The notes: a model not told the origin generated them from the sequence alone. Shown: positions 1 to 11,848, counted from the first letter of the whole stretch. The stretch is DNA of 63,828 nt, filler included, from Lenisia limosa (GCA_001655205.1; 12 parts of 12 records of this genome joined end to end with filler, not necessarily neighbours in it), one strand, 5' to 3'. Translations and numbers: made by a program.

Positions 1-69
1 CCCTTTGTTGCAGGTTATTACTCTCTGTTATCTGTTACTTTGTTGTGCTTTTGTATCTGTCAGTCTCAC

Positions 70-1416
70 CATCGAAGTCATCAGTGTAGACGTTGGAGGT
101 GCGGTAGTTCGTACTCGCCACGAGCTGAAATGCCGTAAGAATACGCGTGGAATAGGGGAAGAAAAATGAAAAAAGAAAAAATCAAGGTTGTATCCGGTCG
201 GTGTCCACACCATCACGATTATAAGAGATATTGGATTATAGTATCCGGCCGAAGCCGTCCACACCATCACGCAGAATACTTAGACTAGAAAACTGATGAG
301 CAAACATTGACATCACAATAATCTTATCACTGAAATTACTAGAGAACAGAATCCCCCTTCCCTTACTCTACCTTAACCCCTAAACGAGCGCTTCCCTACG
401 GTTTCAAAAAAAAAAGACTGAATTTCTCAAAAATTTCTCGATAAATATCGATATTTTACCGGGTTTTTTCGGACCGCAGGGAACCCCTAACTATGATACC
501 ACACACCAACCACACATGCGCAAAGCCCCGACACTACACTACCCTACCCTATGACACTACTATACCCCTACATTGGGGATGACGCCTCCAGTGTAATTCC
601 AGGTCCAAAAACCATTCTTAGGGATAACAAGGCCTTGTGAGGGAATTGAATTTACCTGGAATGATGAGACTGTGCGTCGGAATTGAGATATTATAACTTG
701 AAATATGAATAATTATTACTTGGATAATATGAGAATTTTTGTGTGGAAATTGCGATATTTGAGCGTATTTGCGTGGAATTATGATATCTACTTCAAACTA
801 CCATCCAATTTTCTTTGTTCCAGTCAACTGATCTCTATGCTCGTAGTTTCAATAGCGATAGAGACTTTACTGCAAAAAAAAAACCACACACGATGAAATC
901 CAGCTGTCTTCTGTTACATGTATCGAGGGGCAGAGTGATTGTGTCTAAAAAGATCAGAAAAATCGCGTATTCGTGATCAGAGATCCAGCTAAACAACTTG
1001 GATAAAAATGACAACCGGGTAGAAAAAGGGGGAAATAAAATGAAATATGACTAAAACGGAAGAATTGTGACAAAAATAGAGAGAACTATTGAAAACACCC
1101 CACTAGCCCACTATCGTTAATTTCGATAGAACCTTCGGCTGTTACATTGGCGTAGGTCACAGGCACCGTCTACAAGGGGGGATCTTAGGAAGACGTATAT
1201 TCATTAAAAAGAGAAGAGAAGAAATCTAGAGAAACAAGAAAAATGTATAAACATGGGGTATTGAAAAAAATACCTTACCTGGGGGACTATAGCACCACCT
1301 TCGAAATCGCAGAGTCTTACGTCCGACACCGTGATAGTTTCGGGGAAGTTATTTGCGTTTCTGCCAATTGGGAAGGTGAGCGTCTTGTTGCCGTTGATGA
1401 GTTCAACGCTTTCCAT
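70..1416 (-). CDS. Partial multi-exon gene, unknown product
   Basis: Phase-compatible GT-AG exons 1279-1416, 1112-1169, 656-669, 566-616 and 70-124 give MESVELINGNKTLTFPIG...ISSFQ NGFWTWNYTGGVIPNVG LVASTNYRTSNVYTDDFDG. Both ends run out of the contig; no family recognised. Confidence 0.7.
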
Positions 1417-1611
1417 CTAGGGAGTGAAATTGGAAAATTTATGAAACAAAAAAGCCAAAAATCAACTCTGTTGGCTACATTCGTCACCATAATAAACATA
1501 TCAACAGACACACACACGCACACACACTCTCTCTCTTTCTCTCTCTCGTCATCACAGTAGTACCCGANNNNNNNNNNNNNNNNNNNNNNNNNNNNNNNNN
1601 NNNNNNNNNNN

Positions 1612-1623
1612 TTAATTAATTAA
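1612..1623. other. Artificial scaffold linker TTAATTAATTAA (first of 11)
   Basis: Identical 12-mer padded by N on both sides near 1612, 3894, 7177, 9646, 13442, 23584, 25515, 27303, 30658, 33976 and 60450. Confidence 0.95.
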
Positions 1624-1667
1624 NNNNNNNNNNNNNNNNNNNNNNNNNNNNNNNNNNNNNNNNNNNN

Positions 1668-3594
1668 AATAGATATCCGAGGTTTCAGGCCACGCATTGA
1701 AGGGCCTAACCGGAGGGCCGCCCGTCGCATGCCTAATATGGTAAGTGACTTAACTTGCCAAATACGGTAAGTATTTGTACATCATATCCCTATCCATTAC
1801 CAACTTGCACTACAATTAGGGTTTCCATAGGTCCGAAAAAGAATGGAAAAATATCGATATTTATCGAGGATTTATCGAAACAATCCACGTTGGTTGCTCG
1901 TGTTTGTTATTACTTGTTTTCTGATTTTTGTTTGTGGAGTTTCACATTATTCGTTTCGCGATTAGTACCTTTACACCACTATTCTTCATCGAAATTTCCT
2001 TNNNNNNNNNNNNNNNNNNNNNNNNNNNNNNNNNNNNNNNNNNNNNNNNNNNNNNNNNNNNNNNNNNNNNNNNNNNNNNNNNNNNNNNNNNNNNNNNNNN
2101 NNNNNNNNNNNNNNNNNNNNNNNNNNNNNNNNNNNNNNNNNNNNNNNNNNNNNNNNNNNNNNNNNNNNNNNNNNNNNNNNNNNNNNNNNNAAGGAATACC
2201 TTTGTTACCCCCCAACCCAGAGCCATGCGGGCGATCTGCAAAGAATGGTCGTGGGACGGAATCGGAATTCCAGCCGAAAAAATGACTAGGTCGGCTGAAG
2301 TCTCAACCTTGTATGTTCTGCGAGGTAGGAGTAAAATTGGAAAATTTATGAAACAAAAAAAGGCCAAAATTAACTATATTGAAGTACACGCAAGGGTTGA
2401 AAACAACAAAAGAAAACAAAGCCCAGGCCAGTCGCTTCTGAGGAGATTAGGGGTTGGGAATGAAGGTGTTATTACTCAGATACATTTAGCAATGAGAAAA
2501 ACAAAAAGAGATACTGAATAATAGTATAAAAAATAATTCACCCAGAGGTACAAACAGTACAATAAACTATAATATGAAACTATACCCTCACCCGTAGATT
2601 CCGATGAGAGAGTCGTAGGCCACATTGAGGGTGTTGAGCAGCATGACAATTTCGATTGGGGCTACCTTCATGCTGAACTTGCTGAATCCCTTAATGGTTA
2701 TTTCATATCAATGAAACTGAATACAAAGGTCATTCTATCACCGTTGTTCATTTTGCAGGTATTCTTATTTATACACACCCAAATACATCAATATAGCCCC
2801 CCCCCCCCCCNNNNNNNNNNNNNNNNNNNNNNNNNNNNNNNNNNNNNNNNNNNNNNNNNNNNNNNNNNNNNNNNNNNNNNNNNNNNNNNNNNNNNNNNNN
2901 NNNNNNNNNNNNNNNNNNNNNNNNNNNNNNNNNNNNNNNNNNNNNNNNNNNNNNNNNNNNNNNNNNNNNNNNNNNNNNNNNNNNNNNNNNNNNNNNNNNN
3001 NNNNNNNNNNNNNNNNNNGGGAGTAAAATTGGAAAGAGATTTTACTGCAACAAAAAAAGAAAGCAATGCCTCCACCCCCCGACCTGATAAAGCAAATGGT
3101 CAGCCATGACACTGTCACGTGACTTCTGCAAACTTCGTGACGTCATCATTATTGCCAGGGCTGCTGAGAGGAGAAGGAGGAGGATAGTGGTGAACACTGG
3201 GGGGTTAATAAGCCATCATTACTAGGATGATGATACTTGATAAATAAAAGGGAATACCTAGGGCTTCACTTCGGTTCGAAAAAAGACTGAATTTCTCGAC
3301 AAATCCTCGAAAACTATCGNNNNNNNNNNNNNNNNNNNNNNNNNNNNNNNNNNNNNNNNNNNNNNNNNNNNNNNNNNNNNNNNNNNNNNNNNNNNNNNNN
3401 NNNNNNNNNNNNNNNNNNNNNNNNNNNNNNNNNNNNNNNNNNNNNNNNNNNNNNNNNNNNNNNNNNNNNNNNNNNNNNNNNNNNNNNNNNNNNNNNNNNN
3501 NNNNNNNNNNNNACTGGGTAACGTGCAGAATCAGAGTCCAGAACGCGCTGCGGGCAAAATTTCCCTGGTTCGTAAGGGGATAAAGGACATGACG
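1668..3594 (-). CDS. Membrane-anchored class III nucleotide cyclase (guanylyl-type), partial
   Basis: Exon 3084-3196 has a TM helix then DHLLYQ. Exons 2592-2689, 2217-2317 and 1668-1732 give GFSKFSMKVAPIEIVMLLNTLNVAYDSLIG, TYKVETSADLVIFSAGIP..DHSLQIARMAL and GMRRAALRL...PRISI, colinear with the cyclase catalytic consensus. Confidence 0.8.
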
Positions 3595-4211
3595 CTGCAG
3601 GCATTTGTGCTGGTAGATGGAAAGCTTAAACAAACTCTGTGTTTGAATGGATATTCAAAGGTGATCCCCCCTCCAAAACTAAAAAAAAAAAATACATACA
3701 GTACATCTGTATAAATATATGATATATACTATGTATAGTATACATATAATTATATAGCAATGAAAAAAGAATAATAAAAAGGTTATATCTGGCCAGAGCC
3801 GTCCACACCGCGCTTATAAGAGATATTAGAGTATAATACTAATTCACCTNNNNNNNNNNNNNNNNNNNNNNNNNNNNNNNNNNNNNNNNNNNNTTAATTA
3901 ATTAANNNNNNNNNNNNNNNNNNNNNNNNNNNNNNNNNNNNNNNNNNNNAACGGCACTTGTTGGGCGGCTCCCAAATTAATATTTGCGCTGTGAAAAACT
4001 TCTCAAATTTTTTTCCAAATGTACTGTTTTGGGATTTGGGCAGGAGCGATGACCAACCGCTCTTCGGTGATGAGGTTTGTTGACGCAGTTCTTCGTTCCA
4101 AGCCCTTGTTATATTTTCTTTCAATTCTTCTCATTCATCTTCGTTCTTTCTATTATAATAATTAATTCAGGTCGCATTTCCAAGATGGTACTGTGTTTTT
4201 TNNNNNNNNNN

Positions 4212-4522
4212 ATGGAGTTTTCCGTGAGGGAAATTGCTGTCAAAGATCTTTTCTCACTTGATCAGATTTTAGGGTTGTTGAAGTTTGTGGTTCCAAATTC
4301 CAATGGGAACCAACACAGCTCCTCCATTCTTTTGAACGGGACTTTATTGAATCACTTCCGCCTGAATCGCCGTTAATCTCTTCTTTTCACAACGCATTTC
4401 GGTTCATTGATGATCTCCTCATTGTAGACCCTGCATGTAATTGGCTTAATACAACATAGAAAATCGATCTACACTCAACGTTGGAAGTTGAACGGCACTT
4501 GTTGGGCGGCTCCCAAATTAAT
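4212..4522 (+). mobile_element. Penelope-like retroelement RT core, decayed
   Basis: QIPMGTNTAP (4294) and FRFIDDLLIV (4397) match RT motifs B and C of Penelope-like elements; frameshifts and a TAG at 4457. Confidence 0.7.
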
Positions 4523-4790
4523 ATTTGCGCTGTGAAAAACTTCTCAAATNNNNNNNNNNNNNNNNNNNNNNNNNNNNNNNNNNNNNNNNNNNNNNNNNNN
4601 NNNNNNNNNNNNNNNNNNNNNNNNNNNNNNNNNNNNNNNNNNNNNNNNNNNNNNNNNNNNNNNNNNNNNNNNNNNNNNNNNNNNNNNNNNNNNNNNNNNN
4701 NNNNNNNNNNNNNNNNNNNNNNNNNNNNNNNNNNNNNNNNNNNNNNNNNNNNNNNNNNNNNNNNNNNNNNNNNNNNNNNNNNNNNNNNNN

Positions 4791-5083
4791 TTTGGTGCGC
4801 CAAGGAAGTTTCAAAGGATACCTTCGAGGTTAGTTAATTGCTCAGTCTGTTATGGTTATTGTTTTAGGTCTGGGGTTCCATCAAAACAGATCGAAATGAC
4901 CTCCGTATCCCAGGCCCATTGAAGGACAAGAGGGTGAGGGTGACACTTACCGATGTCCAGCGCCAGGACCCGCACCGCAATGAATGCGGTGTGTAAGCCA
5001 TGTCCAACGTATTGCTCCAGATGTTTGGCAAGCCGCCATCCATCACAGTTGAGCCTTACGTCAGGGCTGCGCTCACAACGATT
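4791..5083 (+). pseudogene. Ulp1/SENP-like cysteine protease fragment with a spliceosomal intron
   Basis: WCAKEVSKDTFE|39-nt GT-AG intron|VWGS...VQRQDPHRNECGV*AMSNV. Resembles the HW..WDS and Q..Q..xCG(Y/F) motifs; TAA at 4994 replaces the usual aromatic residue. Confidence 0.5.
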
Positions 5084-5181
5084 TGATAACTCTGCTTACT
5101 CCTGATGGGGATGATGGGCGTGCGATCTATCCGGACTCGCTCCGTTTGTAAAACACTACTGTCGCCCCTGGAGTATGCAAT

Positions 5182-5531
5182 TACTTAGGTATCCATATCT
5201 CTATTCAAAGGAGAAAGTTGTTCCTTTCGATATTTGACAAACGCAGGGACTTTCCTTTCGAAGTCTTCCAATATCCTCATTCCTCTTCAATTATACCTAA
5301 CACATCTTGAAAGGAATTATTATTGGCCAACAGACTCGATATGCTAGGCTCTGCTGGTCAATTACCGCCTTCAGGGATAATGCTGTCTTACTCTTAAAAA
5401 AGTTAATTGCTAATAGACACAGGCGTCCGCGTGTCCTTGCGATCGCTAAAACTTTCATTCTGTCTGCAGACTTCGTTAACCCCAGATGCGGCCGCCTTAT
5501 GCGCCAAGTCTGTCACAATGTCTTGGTTTAA
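5182..5531 (+). mobile_element. Penelope-like retroelement RT C-terminal part, decayed
   Basis: YLGIHISIQ..IFDKRRDFPFEVFQYPHSSSIIP / KGIIIGQQTRYARLCWSITAFRDNAVLLLKKLI matches the PLE post-RT consensus (YDKRDDF...P..SS.IP...GV...Q..RYAR); frameshift near 5300. Confidence 0.7.
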
Positions 5532-5590
5532 AGATTAACTAGGGGAGCCTTTTCAAAGCCCTAGTGCTATTATTCCCCTCAGCTTAATAT

Positions 5591-6645
5591 TTCAATATCT
5601 TCTGGATAACAAGATCTTTGCTTTCCTCCTCCCCTCCCACACTCACAGCCCCTTGACCGCATGACTTTCGGTGTCTTGAAGGCTGGTGTTCGTGGCTAGT
5701 CCTTCTAAGTGCATGACCAAGGCTGTTGTCGACACCGACGCTATCACTGCTGAGGCTTTCTGGCTGCGTGCCATTGAGGCAGTCCTGAATGACAATATCA
5801 CCGCCACCACTCGCGTCCTCACCGGTAAGGCTTTCGACGCTGCCGGCATCAACTTCATTTATGACAAGATCAAGCTGAACCTCTGGGCTCTCGCTAAGCA
5901 CTTCTCTGGTCAGAAGAGCTCTTCACTATTGGTCTCTACCCCTCCCCGTACCACCCTTTACAGCTGTGTTATCATCAACACCCCTGAGCTCATCGCTGCC
6001 ATCTCTATCGCTAAGTCTGACAATGCCACTCTCGCCAAGTCCGGTTGGCTCCAAGTCCGTGACCTTTACCGCACTATTGACGACAAGGAGTTCGACGCCA
6101 ACACTTCCAGCAACGACTTTCACCAGCATAGGGGGGGGGGGATTAAAAAGTTTGTTGTATGATATGTAACTAACTCACCATTATGCTCAGGCTGCCCCCG
6201 ATTCCGATGGTACTGATGCCCTTGCTGCTGAGAAGAAGGTAAAACGCACCAATGTCGTCCCTCTCACAATCACTGAGCGAGCCAAGCTCATCAAGGATAC
6301 CATCGAGAAGGTGTGAAAAGGGTCAAATTTTGCTTGATACTGTACACTTGATGCTGTTCACATTCCAATTTATTCTCAAATTACAATGACTTCATATTCT
6401 ATTCATTGGGTGCTGTGTTTGCTCGCATTGTTTAACTTTTCTCAAAACAAGGAATCAACAATTTTATTATCTAGGAGCACAAAGCCAAGTAGGAGCGTAT
6501 TGTCACCCATGCCGCTGCCAAGAAGGTCAGAGCTCGAGGCACAGCTGTCCCCAAGGCTACTGCCCCCAAGACTGCCCCCAAGGCTACTGCCCCCAAGCGC
6601 CGCTCTCCTGCTGGGAGAAATACCAAGAAGGCCCAAAAGGCCTAA
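5591..6645 (+). mobile_element. pogo/Tc5-like DDE_1 transposase pseudogene with introns
   Basis: NKIFAFLLPSHTH / QPLDRMTFGVLKA matches the LP.HTSH.LQPLD..VF..LK motif, with frameshifts. Downstream exons 6191-6310 and 6475-6645 encode a K/A/P-rich tail with a TAG at 6490. No TIRs identified. Confidence 0.65.
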
Positions 6646-7232
6646 TGTATCTTTTTCTGTCTTTCACGATTCTACAGAAATAGAGTTAAATTCTTTTTCC
6701 AAATAGGAAACATGTCCTTTATGCTTACCATTACTTTTTGTTGAATATTGCAATTATAGAATGATGTTTGGGTCATTTTTCAAATAAGGTGACGTGGGGA
6801 TATGGGCCATTGAAAAATACTATAAGACGGAAATGAAGAGAAAAAAAANNNNNNNNNNNNNNNNNNNNNNNNNNNNNNNNNNNNNNNNNNNNNNNNNNNN
6901 NNNNNNTAACAAAAATGAGTAACAGACGTTAAAACTAAAAAAAAAACCTGATCAAACAGTCCCACAGTAAAAAAACAATAAACCCCCTTTTGATTTTAAG
7001 TCATTTTGTCCTTCGTATTGATAGCGCATTTTGTCGGACATGACAATCATTATTGTTTTGTACGACAGTTTGTGACCTCTTAAAGGCTATTTGAAGAAAG
7101 AAAAACATTTAAAGTTTAATTGTAGATACGCTNNNNNNNNNNNNNNNNNNNNNNNNNNNNNNNNNNNNNNNNNNNNTTAATTAATTAANNNNNNNNNNNN
7201 NNNNNNNNNNNNNNNNNNNNNNNNNNNNNNNN

Positions 7233-7440
7233 TAACCAACAAAGCTCCTCCGCTCCACTTCTACATTTTTATGACAAATATAGGGCTCAACTACTAAATT
7301 TTTATGATAAATCTAGGGCTCCACTTCATGGTTATGACAAAGCTCTTCCACTTCACTCATGTTTATGATAAATCTCCCTCAACTTAAACATGTTTATGAT
7401 GAGCCTAGGGTTCAACTTATACAACGCTTAAAACAGCTCC
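7233..7440. repeat. Degenerate minisatellite (~30-35 bp unit)
   Basis: Recurrent TTATGA(C/T)AAAT(C/A)TAGGGCTC(A/C)ACT units. Confidence 0.5.
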
Positions 7441-7753
7441 CAACAAATAAATGGAAACTTAACAAAACCGGTGGTGCTATTTACCCTAATCCCACAACCC
7501 CCAACTTTTTGAGTTTATTATTATTCTTCAAAATTCCCGATTTTTATCCCCCCCCCCCCACGAACCTAAAAGAACCTGGGGGGCATGGCACACAATCTGA
7601 ATCAATGAAGAGAGGAAGAAGGCGGGTGGAAGAGATGGGAAGAGTATACATGTATGTATGGGGGAAAACAAAAAAAAGTGCATATTTGTCTAAGATATTG
7701 CGATTCGAAAATTAACTTCTAATTCATTTCAAAGCTCCCCCCCCCCATACCAC

Positions 7754-9601
7754 CAGTACTATTCCGCATGGCTCCTGCAACACAGCTGCATTGAGAGTGG
7801 TCGGNNNNNNNNNNNNNNNNNNNNNNNNNNNNNNNNNNNNNNNNNNNNNNNNNNNNNNNNNNNNNNNTTCCGTACACTAAATAACGGTTAGTATGAGAAG
7901 CGGGCGGTATTGATGATTAATCGAGAAATTTACTAATTTTTAAATAGTAGGGGTAGCTTTCTGCGTGCCTCCCCAGCATATTATGATTATAGTTATTATA
8001 GTTATTATTACTCTTACTTAGGGCTTCCCTACGGTCCCAAAAAAGACTGAATTTCTCACAAAATTCTAGATAAATATCGATATTTACCGGTCTTTTTTGG
8101 ATCGTAGAGAAGCCCTACTTTTACTAGTATTGCTTTTATTACTTCTACCCCCCCCCCCACATTGGCACAAGAAGACACAGGGGTAACACCAAGGGAGTAC
8201 CCCGAAGTACAGGCTGTGCACCCGTGGCCGACTCCNNNNNNNNNNNNNNNNNNNNNNNNNNNNNNNNNNNNNNNNNNNNNNNNNNNNNNNNNNNNNNNNN
8301 NNNNNNNNNNNNNNNNNNNNNNNNNNNNNNNNNTATTGGCTGACAACACACGCGAGATGCGGGATAAGGTGAAAAATATTAAATTATATGTATTAAAATA
8401 TAATTGCAGGGGAGGGGAGACAATAAAAATAATATGTGTAGTGATCTACATCTGCATATATATTGTATATTATATAAATACATACAATATTGTAGGATAG
8501 ATACTATATCATATGATTATGATATTATATTTCATACAGCATGTAATATTATGAATACTTTATCATAGAGTATATCCCCTCTCTCACCTTGGGACAGACA
8601 CGGCATTCCCCGGAGTAGTCCCGGAAACGCCCGATATCACACAAGCTGTGGGGAGGAAGTAAAATTGGAAAATTGGTGGAAAAAAAAAACAAACAAAAAC
8701 AGACCACATTAACTCTGGCTGACATCACTCTATGGGGNNNNNNNNNNNNNNNNNNNNNNNNNNNNNNNNNNNNNNNNNNNNNNNNNNNNNNNNNNNNNNN
8801 NNNNNNNNNNNNNNNNNNNNNNNNNNNNNNNNNNNNAACTCCAAACAAACAAAAAAAACAAGCAATAACAAACACCAGAAACCAACAGATGACAAACACA
8901 CAAAAACAAAAACAAGCCCTAGCAAAGCGGGGAGGGACAAATTTGGACAACTTATGAAACAAAAAAAACACAATTAACTTTATTGGCTGCAAACACACGA
9001 GGGTTAAAATCAACGTTAACAAACTAAGCCATAATAATCTTGCAATTAAGGTGAGTGTGAATAATAAGAAATCTCACTTCAAGTTTTGCAATTATTTTTT
9101 CAATTAACTCTGCACAATTAATTTCTTCAAAAGATTACCCCCCTCCAACCAATCCGTGCCATTGATCTCTACTTCTCCTTCAAGAAGGCACTGAAATATG
9201 AGTGAAAACGGGACTTTGGGGGTATCCGTAGACTATATAATTATATATTTCTTACACTAGATTTCAATGTTTATTACACTAGATTTCAATGTTAATTACA
9301 CTAGATTTCAATGTTTATTATTTTTTGAAACTAATTAGACTCCAAAGTGAAGCACTAATCTTAAACTCAGAGTTGCCTCCATATCATATTAATAATTGTC
9401 GATATTTTACCAGTCTTTTTCGAACCGAAGTGAAGCCGTAAGTATTGCCCCCAAACATCATAACACTCAGTGTTGCCATTGTGCGTCACAGAGCCGCACA
9501 GAAGACACTCATCAGTAGACGTAGTATTCGAGTACATTTCGCCAAGGCATGGCGAACAACTCGAAGATCCATAGCCAGGAGGGCAGACGCTGCATTCAGG
9601 T
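7754..9601 (-). CDS. Cysteine-rich (CxxC-repeat) surface-type protein, partial
   Basis: Exons 9457-9601 (CSVCPPGYGSSSCSPCLGEMYSNTTSTDECLLCG), 8588-8645 (LCDIGRFRDYSGECRVCPK), 8161-8235 (CTACTSGYSLG) and 7754-7804 (QCSCVAG). Confidence 0.7.
8019..8117. mobile_element. Family A palindromic MITE, subfamily 2
   Basis: TAGGGCTTCCCTACGGTCCC...GGATCGTAGAGAAGCCCTA, flanked by CTCTTACT / CTTTTACT (8-bp TSD, 1 mismatch). Confidence 0.85.
9252..9319. repeat. Tandem repeat, 22 bp x3
   Basis: TTACACTAGATTTCAATGTT(T/A)A at 9252, 9274 and 9296. Confidence 0.9.
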
Positions 9602-9701
9602 NNNNNNNNNNNNNNNNNNNNNNNNNNNNNNNNNNNNNNNNNNNNTTAATTAATTAANNNNNNNNNNNNNNNNNNNNNNNNNNNNNNNNNNNNNNNNNNN
9701 N

Positions 9702-11744
9702 GGCGCCACCATATCCCCCAGGTACCAATTTGAGTTCCTTTTCGCTTCTGTTGTTGATGAAGACCCTCATTTTGTACCATCTTTCACCCTCGGCCTCAGA
9801 ACAAAGGCAGCTCGTACTGGAATGTTAAAAAGCATTGCATAAAGGAGTGGGGTAAAATGAAGACAAAAGCGAATATATAAAACACTATAAAAAACATCCC
9901 ATTTTTAGAAGCCAAAAACCCAAGTAGGATTCTCTACCCACTCGTCATGCTCCAAATGGACGTAGTCATGGGTGTAGCCCTCATCATCGTCTTCATTGGG
10001 GAGCTTCATCATTTTGCGGTGCTTCTTCTTGATCTTTCCGACATTGCGCTTGATTTTCACCTTGATGGTGAATGGGTTGATGTGCTCTCTGCTAATGGTG
10101 ATTTATGAGACACAAAAAGGTCCAAAATTAACTCTGCTTAATAGCAACACACCAGAGTTGAAAACAACAACAAAAAAAAAAGGGAGGACAGGAAGGTTCC
10201 TTTGAATTATAATGGTGATCATAGACCTGGGGTGTTTTGGCACGTTTTGAGTCATTTTTACATGTGATTTTTGGGGGGTATCAAGTCGAAGATGCTCACA
10301 CGTAAAAGTGACATTGGATGAGATTACATTATTAATACTGACCAGTTGCAAAATATGCATACAATATAATACCATAATTTCGGATGTGATATATTGAACT
10401 CATCGGTCTTATTATATACTATGAATTCCCCTCTTACTCCCTTGGGATCTTCTTCTCCCCCGCTGTCATCTGAAGATTCTTCTTCACTAGTGTCACCATC
10501 ATCTTCACTACTCTCCGCCTCCTTCTCTTCTTCTTCCCTCCTCCTCCTCTCTTCTTCTTCTTCCCTCCTCTTCCTCTCTTCTTCTTCTTCCCTCCTCTTC
10601 TTCTCCTCTTCCTCTCTCCCCCTTTTTTCTTCCTCAAGCTTCTTCCTTTCCTCCTCCTCCTTCTCGGCTCTCTCCCTCTCCTCCAACTCTTCACGATCTC
10701 TATCAAGCTTCTCCTGACGAGCTTTCTCCTCCTCCTCAGAAACGGGAATTTCTTCGCCGAACTTGGGGACTCCATCATCCTTCTCTTTGTCACTATCGCC
10801 ACCTAGGCCGACAGCTCCTAGAACCTGGCCAAGTTAATATCATTAAAACCTTCCGCCATAGAAGTACATCTGTTACGTAGAATTATGCAATATACTCATG
10901 CTACAAATATGAATTCAATTCAGTTGATTTTTCCAAGAGAAAAATTCTCCATTGGGTGTCCCCAATTATAAAAAGGAAACAAGAAAATTAATATAACAAT
11001 ATACTATATAATCAGATAAAATGATAGGGCAAGAAGACGGTAAAAAAGCGCGAATTGAATACCCCCCCCCCCTCAATCCAGCAAACCGCTCCAACAACAC
11101 CATCATCCTTGTCACTCTTTTCATCCTTATCACTCTTATCTTTGTCCTTCTCATCATCGCTCCCGAGCCCAACAGCATCCATGATCTAAACTGGTCAAGA
11201 AACAAAAACCCAGAGACAAGATCAGCCGACCAAACGCCCTCTCATTGCCTTATTGGGAAGTCAATTCAACACAAGATGGCCATACCCACATTGTCAACAA
11301 CACCATCTTTGTCGCTCTTATCGCCATCCTTGTTATCATCGTCACTGTCACCCAGGCCGACGGCATCGGCAACCTACATCGTCACCAGGTGTAGTGTATG
11401 GCAAAGAGTTATTTTCGTGATACCTTCTTAAACAATGCTACTCAAGCTAAGCATATCGTGTATTGTGTCGTACATACCTGTTCAATGATTCCCTTGTCAG
11501 AATCGCTCTGTTCTCCTTCTACTACTGGGCTTTTCTAATAGGGCGTCAAACAGGAAGAGAAATACAGCAGAAAGAAACAGTAGAGTATGTTAATCCTTCA
11601 ATGTTGTTAATATAAATCTATAACAAAACTCAGAAGAGGGAAAGAGGAACAGCGTTCTCAACTTACTTCTTCCTCGGCAGCTCTTCCGGGCGGTGCCGCA
11701 TTGGGCTCGCGTGCATTGCTTGATTTAGAACTGTTGCAGCCCAT
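9702..11744 (-). CDS. N-acylated (MGCxxS) protein with acidic repeats and E/K/R-rich coil, partial
   Basis: First exon 11667-11744 MGCNSSKSS. Three exons carry an AVGLG-D/K-rich motif, followed by an E/K/R block (10434-10827) and exons 9942-10088 and 9702-9816. Confidence 0.75.
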
Positions 11745-11848
11745 ATTTATCGTTTTTGAAAGCAAGAAAAAAAACTCATATATATGCATAAACCCGGTCC
11801 GGGAAAAGTAGTATTTAGGTGACAGATTATTTTTGAAATTGGCATAAA

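Noticed and set aside
1612-1623. Recurrent TTAATTAATTAA palindrome
   Set aside because: Always embedded in fixed-length N padding; it is an artificial six-frame-stop scaffold linker.
2690-2740. Intronic sequence reading TFVFSFIDMK just upstream of the GFSKF exon, mimicking the cyclase DxxGF motif
   Set aside because: It would need an 11-nt non-canonical excision. A normal AG acceptor exists at 2690-2691 and the true upstream exon probably lies in the N gap 2811-3018.
3951-4201. Direct duplication of 4491-4550 at the contig start, resembling a PLE tandem or pseudo-LTR
   Set aside because: It sits at a contig edge and its continuation is about the size of the N gap at 4550-4790, so a misplaced assembly fragment is the simpler explanation.
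3951-5600. Hammerhead ribozyme expected near a Penelope-like element
   Set aside because: No CTGANGA...GAAA core with flanking stems found by eye here or in families B-D.
4994-6492. In-frame TAA (4994), TAG (4457, 6490) suggesting stop-codon reassignment
   Set aside because: They occur only in transposon remnants that also have frameshifts. Host genes (CDC20, ELO, TSR2, POP4, AP1S) have no internal stops and end in TAA or TGA.
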